In this document: positions 1-8,365 of the stretch, piece by piece
How positions within the stretch are numbered: the first letter of the stretch is position 1
How the letters are laid out: the number at the start of each line of letters is the position of its first letter
The notes under the pieces: generated by a model
Databases searched by the model: none
What the model saw: the letters and a program-made list of their open reading frames with translations, nothing else
Told to the model about the DNA's origin: nothing
Translations under genes and position numbers: made by a program
Source: Antechinus flavipes
Taxonomy: Eukaryota
Direction of reading: 5' to 3'
Length of the DNA stretch: 64,000 nucleotides
Assembly (NCBI RefSeq): GCF_016432865.1
Contig: NC_067399.1
Location: forward strand, 441,006,001 to 441,070,000

Positions 1-161
1 GACAGAAACAGAAAGGAGAAAAGAAAAGCACGGGAAAGACCTCCTTTTAAAAAGTGTTAACCTCCTTTGGCTTTGGCCAATTCAATGTCCTCCCAGTCTC
101 TTAAAGCTATGTATCTGGCCGTGTCCTCTTAGCTTAACCAAGTATCCTCCTTCCTCCTCAG

Positions 162-257
162 GACAGCACCCAGGGAGGGGCCCAGCAGCAGCTGCCCCTT
201 TAGCCATCAAGGGTGAGGAGGGGGCAGACGAGATGCTCTGAGGCTCCGATTAGGACC
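162..257 (+). other. DLGAP4: 5' UTR portion of the first coding exon of DLGAP4
   Basis: Branch-point-like CTTAAC (~133-138), pyrimidine tract, then CAG acceptor ending at 161. In-frame TAG at 201-203 precedes the ATG at 258. Confidence 0.75.
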
Positions 258-1307
258 ATGAAAGGCCTCAGTGGGGACAGTCGAGGTCGCCACCTTTCAG
301 ACAGCCTGGAGCCACCACCCCCGGATGCTCTGTTCCCTGGATCTGACCGGAACCCCTACCTGCTGTCTCCAACGGCAACGGTGACGGCTGACCCCTTCTC
401 CCGTGAATCAGGATTCCCAGGAGCCTCAACTGCTGTGCCAGGGGATACCCTCTTCCCTCTGCCCAGCCCCCTGCCCACCAGTGGAACCTTCCCTCGCCTC
501 CACTACAATTCCCACTTTGAAGTCCCCGAGGAGGGCCCCTTCCCAAGCCATGCCCAAGCCACCAAGATCAACCGGCTGCCAGCCAACCTCCTGGACCAGT
601 TTGAGAAGCAGCTGCCTGTACATCGTGACGGCTTCAGTACTCTTCAGTTCCACCGGGCAGAGCCCCGGCCACGAGGGGAAAGCCCTGGGCGCATCCGACA
701 CCTGGTCCACTCAGTCCAGAAGCTCTTCTTTGCCAAGGCCCAGTCTCTGGAGGGTGGCGGCCTTAAGGGCAGTGGCAATGGCCGGAAAGGGGGAGCTGGG
801 GGCGGGGAGACCGGGAAGGGCCGGAGGGCCAAGGGCAAGGATTCAGCCAAGACAGCCGAGCCCAAACGGAGGAGCCGATCCAACATCTCAGGCTGGTGGA
901 GCTCAGACGACAACCTGGATAGTGGCAACAGTGGGGACTGTGGTTACCGGCCCCCAGCTGGGCTGATGACACTGGGTCGGCAGCCTGAACGGGCACAGCC
1001 ACGATACTTTGTCTACAATACCTTCAGTGAGCACATGCTGAAAGCAGCCAAGAACAACACTGAGCTCCCCCGAGGAGCAGGAGGAGCAGGAGGAGCAGGA
1101 GGGGGAGGAGGAGGAGGGGGAGGAGGGGCACCCCCACCTGCCAGCCTGCCTGCCAGCACAGAGGCTAGCTATGGCAAACGCGGCTCCTGGTCCACTCTGA
1201 CCCTCAGCCACGCCCGGGAAGTCTGCCAGAAAGCTTCAGCTACCATTGACAAGGCCCTGCTAAAGTCCAAATCTTGTCATCAAGACCTGGCCTACCACTA
1301 CCTTCAG
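258..1307 (+). CDS. DLGAP4: DLGAP4/SAPAP4 first coding exon (350 codons, ends phase 0)
   Basis: Translation MKGLSGDSRGRHLSDSLEPP...KINRLPANLLDQFEKQLP...GWWSSDDNLDS...SKSCHQDLAYHYLQ matches the recalled DLGAP4 N-terminus (not DLGAP1/2/3). Donor CAG|GTAATC at 1307/1308. Confidence 0.97.
1071..1130 (+). repeat. Coding GGA/GCA trinucleotide repeat encoding RGAGGAGGAGGGGGGGGGGA
   Basis: (GGA GCA GGA)3 followed by a GGA/GGG run, read directly in exon 1. Confidence 0.95.
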
Positions 1308-2072
1308 GTAATCTTGGGCTCCAAGAAGGGAATAATGGGGTGTGGGGGACCAGGAAGAACAGGCAAGAAGGAATCATGGGGTATGGCCTGAAGGAACCAG
1401 GATTTCCTTCTTTCGGCCATGTCAGAGCCATAACTTAACTCTCATAATATACCTTCTAAAGCAATTTTCAATTTACAAAAAGGAATAGAACTTTAACGAG
1501 TTTTACAATTTACAAAGAACTTTCCAAGAGAGCACTTCACAGTTTACAAGTAACTTATAAATGACAAATTTATGTGACAAATGATTTATATTTTATAAAG
1601 TACTTTACAGAGTGCAAGGTCCTTTATGTTGTTCAAAACATTTTTACAGTGATGACAGTATTTTTCTCATCCACTTCCATTGGATCATAACACAATAAGA
1701 AGACAAAGATCAGATATTATCATTCCTTTTTACAGGGGAGGAAACTGAGACCCCCCCACCAAGAAAAGAAGGGATTGTCTCACAATTACAACTTGTTAAA
1801 AGGGATTTCAGCATTGAACCTACTGTTCTAGGTTCTGCACATTGTTTCTCTTAACACTTTTACTTCTAGGTACTAAAGTATCTGAGTGTTCATTTAGATG
1901 AGATAGGATGGCCTATCTAAGAAACCAGAAACATTTGGAGAAAGAAAGAATTGTTTATTTTCTAATTTTTCAGGAGTGAAAATATTCAGACTTTAATCTC
2001 TACCTTTTCTGGGTGTCTAGAAGTAGTCACCTCTATAATACAATATGACAGGATCTAAAAGGATCTTCAAAT

Positions 2073-2147
2073 GTCCAGAAGCTTTTCTTTGCCAAGGCCC
2101 AGTCTCTGGAGGGTGGCAGTTTTAAGGGCAGTGGCAATGGCCAGAAA
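2073..2147 (+). repeat. 75-bp intronic copy of exon 1 positions 714-788
   Basis: Ungapped hand alignment gives 70/75 identity. All five differences are transitions. Confidence 0.95.
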
Positions 2148-2233
2148 TAGCTGAGGGTAGCAGAGCCTTCACCAAAATAAAGTTCTGATTATTTCTTTAT
2201 AAAATCATAAGCCACAGGGCTTTAAAGCTTACA

Positions 2234-2423
2234 CAGGGGTCCTCAAACTTTTTAAATAGGGCCACTTCACTGTCCCTCAGACTGTTGGAGGGCTGGACTC
2301 TAGTAAAAACGAAAACTTTGTTTTGTGGGCCTTTAAATAAAGAAACTTCATAATCCTGGGTGAGGGGGATAAACGTCCTTAGATGCCGCATCTGGCCCAC
2401 GGGCCGTAGTTTGAGGACCCCTG
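2234..2423. mobile_element. 190-bp non-autonomous hAT DNA transposon (MITE), OposCharlie1/OC1-like
   Basis: Perfect 16-bp terminal inverted repeats CAGGGGTCCTCAAACT ... AGTTTGAGGACCCCTG. Family name is from recalled TIR sequence. No clean 8-bp TSD. Confidence 0.85.
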
Positions 2424-2817
2424 GTAGGGCTTAGACTGTCATATCGGGTAGGATGTAAGGACAAAATGTCAGGAGGGTCCTTAGAAACTTGAACATCTAC
2501 TTGTAATATTAACTAAATTGGAGGAAAAAAGAAAGTTGAACATCCAAGATGGAAGGGACCCTAAAACATAGAATGTCATGTCAAAGATATAAGGGACTTT
2601 AGAATATAGAATATGCCAAGGATGGAAAGAACCTTAAGATGTCCATCCATTTTATAGATGGAAATACAGACATTTTATATCCAGAATGGAGGGTCCAGCC
2701 TGAGGTCACCGGGGTGGCGACAGTGGCTTTGCAGGGCTCTTGCCGTTTTCCATGTGACCGGGGCTCTGACAGTGGGACTTGGTGCTCTCTCTGTCCGTGC
2801 TGCTGTCCCCCCCTCAG

Positions 2818-3038
2818 GTGCCCCCAAGTGAGTGGAACAGTTCCCTCTCCAGGACGGGTGCGGACAGTGAGATTCCTTGCAGACGCATGCGCAGTGGGAG
2901 CTACATCAAGGCCATGGGTGATGAGGACAGCGAAGATTCGGACACCAGCCCCAAGCCATCCCCCAAGACAGCTGCCCGCAGGCAGAGTTACCTCAAAGCC
3001 ACCCAGCAGTCGCTGAGTGAGCAGAGCACCACCCACAG
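2818..3038 (+). CDS. DLGAP4: DLGAP4 coding exon 2 (221 nt, phase 0 to 2), two GK-binding repeats
   Basis: Acceptor ccctcag|GTG. Encodes VPPSEW...IPCRRMRSGSYIKAMGDEDS...SPKPSPKTAARRQSYLKATQQSL. Donor AG|GTGAGC. Confidence 0.97.
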
Positions 3039-3325
3039 GTGAGCTTCCCCTTGCCTTGGCCATGCCAGGAGACCCAACCAGACCCTAGTCGGTCCCTGAC
3101 CTCACCTTGGAGCACTGGGCTCAGGACCCCCGGGTTCTAATCCTGACTCTGACACTGATGACAACCTGTCTGCCTCAGTTTCCTCAACTGTAAAACGAGC
3201 TGAAGATGGGAATGGCAAACTGCTCCATTGTCTCCGAAACAAACCCCTACTCCATTCTGGGTTGTAGTTTCCTCTTCTGAAAAATAGAATACAGAATGTC
3301 ATGTCAAGAGCGAAAGGGGCCTCGG

Positions 3326-3447
3326 GGGACAGCTGGGTAGCACAGTGGATAGAACGCTGGAGTCGAGAAGTTTGGGGTTCAAAGGGGACCTCAGACCTTA
3401 CTAGCTGCACAATCCTGGGCAAGTCACTTAACCCTCCCCAAAAAGGA
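3326..3447 (+). mobile_element. WSINE1-like CORE-SINE
   Basis: Head ggacagctgggtagcacagtggataga, core gggcaagtcacttaacc, A-rich tail. Confidence 0.7.
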
Positions 3448-3959
3448 AGAATGAATGAAAGATACCTTGACATAGAGAATATTACAATTAGACACGTTTA
3501 CCCTATCTCCCACTCCAATTTATAAGCAGGAAAAGTGAAAGCCAGAATGAAAAGGGACTCACCCAAGAGGGTTGGTCTTTTTTTTTCTTGGAGGCAATTG
3601 GAGTTGAGGGATCTGCCTAGGGTCCCACAGCTAGTAAATATCTGAGGCTGAATTGGAATTCAGGTCCCCCTGACACCAGGGCTGGGGCTCCATCCACTGA
3701 AGCATCTAACTGCCTTTAAGAGCCCCTCTGGTTCTGACGATCTGCCCTGGTGCCCCCGGCCGTGACCTGGGAACCCCAGGCCAGCAGCTCTCTCCCTGCA
3801 TCTCCTTCCCATGCTTTGGCTCAGTCTCCCTCCCAGGATGGCCTGGCACATACCCTGAGCCCCACAATCACACTGACGACAAGTTGTCCTGGTTAGAGGC
3901 TCCCTGTGTTAAAGCATGCCCTAGTTAGAGGGTGTCCTGGTTAATAGTACTAATAATAA

Positions 3960-4112
3960 TAGCAGCACAGTATAGTGGATAGAGAGCTGCCCTCAAAGCC
4001 AGGAGACCCTGGGTTCAAGTTCTGCCTCTGACACACCATCTCTATGTGAGCCTGGACATGTCACTCGGGCACTCGATGCCCTAGACAATTGTGACTATGT
4101 TGTAGAAAAGGT
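3960..4112 (+). mobile_element. Marsupial CORE-SINE (subfamily uncertain); related copies near 10610-10860, 19490-19700, 31690-31930
   Basis: tRNA-like head gtggatagagagctgcc...gggttcaagt...ctctgacac with a shared gactataagttgtagagaa-type tail. Confidence 0.6.
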
Positions 4113-4114
4113 GA

Positions 4115-4350
4115 TGGTTGTTACTCAGTCGAGTCCGACTCTTCCTGGCCCCGTTGAGGACGTTTTTGCAGAGACACTGGAGCAGTTTGCCATTTCCCTC
4201 TCCAGCTCATTTTACAGATGAGGAAGCTGAGGCAGACAGAGTGATGTTACTTGCCCAGGATCACACAGTGTCTGAGGCCACTTAGGAACTTAGGAAGAAG
4301 AGTGTTCTTGACTGCGGACCTGGCAGTCCGTCCACCATCCCACCTAGCTG
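4115..4350 (-). mobile_element. Mar1-like SINE (CORE plus RTE/BovB-type tail)
   Basis: Reverse copy containing cagtcgagtccgactc, gagcagtttgccatttcc, cagctcatttacagatgaggaa. Confidence 0.75.
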
Positions 4351-4693
4351 CCCATCTGTCCCTGCCAAGGTGCACCCTGCACTGACAGAGAGGCTTTTCA
4401 CCAGGATTCGCTAAGAAAATCATAGAACCAGTCTCTATCCTATTAACAGCTTACCTAGCAATTTGAGGTTTGCTAAACTCTCCCTACAACTCGGTGAGTG
4501 GCTAGGGTAAGGATTGTTATTTCCCTCCCTCTCCCATTTGCAGACAAAGGTACTGAAGTTCAGTCAGACCACAGGGATTTGCCAACAATCGCACTTTTTA
4601 GGACCGTTTGGGACTTAAAACCAAACCCTATTCCAAAGGCTTTGTTCTTCCCGCGGCACCCCACTGCTGAGGTTACTCCGGTGAGGGGTTACC

Positions 4694-4809
4694 ATGGGTA
4701 CCTCACCCTGTTTCCCAGCCCCCAAACACGCACACGCGTTAGTGTCAGAGCCAGGATCGGCCCCAGCTGGGACACAGGCTGGCCGCGTTGGCTGTAGGCT
4801 GAGTCCAGC
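4694..4809 (+). CDS. DLGAP4: Candidate alternative first coding exon MGTSPCFPAPKHAHALVSEPGSAPAGTQAGRVGCRLSP(A), phase 2
   Basis: ACCATGG Kozak context, in-frame upstream TGA at 4682, 38 open codons plus 2 nt, donor AGC|GTGAGT, phase compatible with exon 5414, locally CpG-rich. Confidence 0.55.
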
Positions 4810-5413
4810 GTGAGTCGCGGCTGCCACCTGGTGGCGGGCGCGAGTAAGAGCAGTTTCTGTGCCATCCAAGACCTCGGTCCGTCTTGCGCTAACCAGAATC
4901 CTTCCCCGCCCTCCGAGGTCTGCTGATGCTGACTTGCCTCGAGGGGCTGTTGATGAACGCCGCCCCACGAGCCCCATCCCCTCCATCGCAGTAGAATTTC
5001 TCCACGAGTTCTTTTTAAGAAGTACCAATTGTACTTCTGAGTCCCCTGGTGCTGAGGACAGCTCCTGCTCACCAGGAACCAAGGGAAGGCTCTTTCCTTT
5101 GCCCACCCCAGTGAGAGGATTCCCGCTCCCCGCCCCACACACTCCCCGCTCCCCACCCCCCACAGATACAGACCCTCCCGGAGCACCAAGAACAGGGCAG
5201 ACCAGCCCTGGGGGTCGGGGCCCTTTATTCCTGAGTTCTGCCCTCGAACTTGCTTCTTTATCCTCAGTCAAGTCATACCCCTTCTTGGCGCAGTCAGTCT
5301 CCTCCTCTGTAAAATGCAGGGGTTCTCCTCGGGCTTCTCCCTCTCCTCTCTGACGTTCTGGGAGTCTGTGAATCCCTGTTCCCTGGCATCAGCCTTCATT
5401 GTCTCCCCCACAG

Positions 5414-5528
5414 GAGCTTAGATCGCCTTGATTCTGTGGACATGTTGCTACCCTCCAAGTTCCCGAGCTGGGAGGAGGAATATAATCCCATTGGCAATAG
5501 CATTACCGAGTCCAGTTGCATCAATCAG
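5414..5528 (+). CDS. DLGAP4: DLGAP4 coding exon 3 (115 nt, phase 2 to 0)
   Basis: Acceptor ccccacag|G. Encodes (R)SLDRLDSVDMLLPSKFPSWEEEYNPIGNSITESSCINQ. Donor CAG|GTGAGA. Not listed in the ORF track. Confidence 0.95.
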
Positions 5529-7364
5529 GTGAGAAAGGGACCAGGGTAAGGGGAGGTCTGGCTCAGATCGGGGTGGGGGGGGGAGAGAGGTCAGGGATTA
5601 ACAGTAGTGGCTAACACTAAAAGCTAGGCAGGGCTTACAATGAGGGCTTACAATCATCTCTAGATCTGTGTGCTTCTGATGAGCCCTCTGCTCCCAAGCT
5701 AAATGGATTCAGTAAGACTATCATCATCCCGTTATAAAAATTGACATTTATTTAATTCCTTAAGGTTTGCAAAGTTTCCACTTGATACAACAGAAAACAT
5801 ACTGACGCAAGTTCGAATCCTGTTTTTGATATGTGGTATATGTATAATCTTGGAAAATTCCTTGGACTTCCATCCTGTTCTCTAAAATGTGGCAAGTAGA
5901 CTAGATTGCTTCAAAGGACCCATCTAATTCTATGATCTGAGTTATTTCATATGCATTATTTCATTTGATGACCACAGGCATCTGTATCAAAAGGCTCAGG
6001 CAGTTCAATGTACATGGCCTAGAGTGAGAAGACCTGAATTCAAATCCAATCTCAGTCACTTTCTAGCTATAGAACTATGGGCTAGTCACTTAATCTCTAT
6101 GTGCCTTAGTTTCCTCATTGCTAGAGGTTCAAATAACGTAATCATTGTAAAGTACTTAGCACAGTGCTTGGCACATAATAAGTACTTTATAGATATTGTA
6201 ATTATATTAATTATTATTTTACATTTGAGAAAAATGGAGATTCAAAGAGATTAAGTGATTTGGCCATGTTCATACAGTTGAGTGTCAGAGGTAGGATTTG
6301 AGTCCTGATTCCAGGTTTAGCCATAAAAGTGTTTGCATTTTGCAGCAGAGAGGAAAGCTTAGCATTTCCCAACAGGGAGCAAGGATCAGATTAAAACAAA
6401 AGAAAGAAAAAAAAGAAAAAAGAATCCAATCCAAAGCATAACTTGTCACTGAAACCAGCTATTAGCCTTGAGAACTAAAGGCCAAACTGCAACTCAATCT
6501 CTGTTACTCTCTGACCATAACAAGAATGTACAATCCCCAGGGGATCCCTAACCTTACCCTCTCTCAGTCCAGGTTTCTTACGGAAGTTAAGAAGGCTGCA
6601 GCAGCATTTCTGTGGGTAGCAAAGGGGAGAAGTGTAAGGACTACAAGGTGGTTAATCGTACAGGGACCTGAAAGTGGGCCTGATGGGAGCACCTGGAGTC
6701 CCCTATAAGGGCCTTCATGGGCACAGAGTGGGAGTAGGACATACCTCACTGATCCCCAGCCTTCCAGCTTTCATTCATTGGACCCAACCCTACAGCTGGC
6801 TCAGCCCCAATCTTTCTGCTCTGTGGCCCCATAGCCAAAAATCCTGTTTATTACAATTCTTTGAAGGATGGGTATAGGTCCAGAGAAGAGGATCCAAACC
6901 CTGGCCCAAGACCCTGTTCTGAGTGTCCAAACTTGAACTCCAACCTTAATCTGGACCTAAATCCAACTCTTCACTCTGCCATTCTGCCTGTGTAACCTTG
7001 TGTAACCTCCTCCTCTGGGCCTTTTCATCCTCATCTATAAAATGAGAAAGTTGGGCTAGATCAAGGTTCTTATAATTTTTTTGTGTCAAGCTGTCCAAAA
7101 GTGGAATGTACTGCCTTAGGAAGTAATGAGTTCCTCATCCCTGGAGATTTTCAAGCTGAGACTGAAAGCTTTTTGAGAGTATTTGTAGGATTTGGAGTTG
7201 GAAGGGACCTGGGAGATAAGTGCATCATAAGATTACAGATTCTAAACAGGGAGCAAATTTTGGTGGCCATCAGATACAACCTGATATTCAGGTCTTTCTG
7301 ACCCCAAGTCTAATCCCCTCTCTACTACCAGAAGTATCAAACTCTAGTCATCAAGATCATCCAA

Positions 7365-7497
7365 GGGCTGGCAAAATGTAATTGGGGAATGTTTAACAAA
7401 ATAAATACAATATAAAGGAGATTACATTAATTGTGGCTTTCTAAGCCAATATGCTTCCAGCAGAGATCTGTTTCTTTATGAGTTTTATACCACAGCA
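7365..7497. mobile_element. Old hAT-type MITE fragment, same family as 53720-53918
   Basis: Both copies share aatgtaattgg(g)aaat..taa.aaaataaat..aatat... and end gagttt(t/g)a(t/c)accac. Confidence 0.5.
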
Positions 7498-7804
7498 CTA
7501 TAACCTGCAGTCTAACAGCCCCTCACTTTGCAGACGAGTCCTCTAGTAGGGAAGGGGCTTATCCAAGATTTCATGGCCAGTCACTGTCCAAACATGGATT
7601 TGTACATGGGTCCTCTGAAGTTAAGCCTATTCTTCTTTCCCCTATACCCATCTTCCTCATGTTATTGAAGAATTTTGCTTAAGAAGAGATTGACCTGGAA
7701 GTCTTCCTAGTTCTAAGAATCTGTATCCCCCGTGAATTCCCCTATTTCAGAGGTATTTGGGGGAGGCTGGATGGACCTCCATTGGGATATTTAAAGAGAG
7801 AAGA

Positions 7805-7995
7805 CTAGTTCTGGGAGGGAAAGCTAGAGTCTTTTTAAAAAATAATAATGACTTTTCCCCCAAATACTTGCAAAGATAGTTAACATTCACCCCTGCAAAA
7901 CCATGTGTTCCAAATTTTTCTCCCTCCGTCTCCTCCTCTAGATAGCAAGTAATCCAATATAAGTTAAACATATGCAATTCTTCCAACATAGGAAA
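7805..7995 (-). mobile_element. L1 3' UTR fragment
   Basis: gcaaagatagttaacattcacccctgcaaaacc..gtgttccaaatttttctccc is the reverse of the L1 3' end seen at 49.7-49.95 kb. Confidence 0.75.
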
Positions 7996-8314
7996 CTAGT
8001 AAACTTTCCAATCTTTCTTAATTCTAGTATCTTTCCTGTTAATTATTTCCTATTTATCATGTGTATATTTTGTTTATATACTATATTTCCATTGGATTGT
8101 GAGTCCCTTGGAGGCAAAAATAACCTATCTTTTGCCTCTTTTTGTTTCCCCCCATTTAGCACAGTGCCTGGCATATAGTAATAAATGTTTATTGATTTGG
8201 TTGACTAAGCTTTAAGAGTCTGACTCATATCAGTAATTGTAAAGGGTCTTTCCCTACTGTCTCAAGTCTCCTTTCTATCCTTCCATTAACCTCTCTCATC
8301 TCTCTCTTCCACAG

Positions 8315-8365
8315 ATCTTTGGACAGGCCTCATTTGTGCCTCAGATATTTTCCCATGAGGAACAG
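8315..8365 (+). CDS. DLGAP4: DLGAP4 coding exon 4 (51 nt, phase 0 to 0)
   Basis: TTAAC branch-like site, long CT tract, ACAG|ATC. Encodes IFGQASFVPQIFSHEEQ (recalled human IFGQASLIPQLFGHEQQ). Donor CAG|GTACAG. Confidence 0.92.

Noticed and set aside
213-257. N-terminal extension from GTG 213 and read-through to 1391 shown in the ORF track
   Set aside because: Homology starts at ATG 258. The ORF beyond 1307 is intron read-through past a consensus donor.
4844-4849. Alternative donor CGA|GTAAGA for the MGTSPC exon
   Set aside because: Using it would include the in-frame TGA at 4811-4813, giving no productive fusion.
4942-5047. Box C/D snoRNA-like arrangement (TGATGA at 4951, CTGA at 5037, AGGGG/CCCCT stem)
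   Set aside because: Box C lacks the leading purine. The D box is partly buried in a perfect AGAAGTAC/GTACTTCT hairpin, and no rRNA-complementary guide was recognised. A snoscan or Infernal search would settle it.
5048-5065. REST/RE1 half-sites GGTGCTGA + GGACAGCTCC
   Set aside because: The left half is inverted and unspaced, so this is not a canonical RE1.
4615-5353. Three overlapping ORFs of 164-218 aa (both strands) as a nested gene
   Set aside because: No recognisable domain. The Pro/Gly/Arg-rich composition is expected in stop-poor GC-rich DNA, and no supporting splice structure was found.
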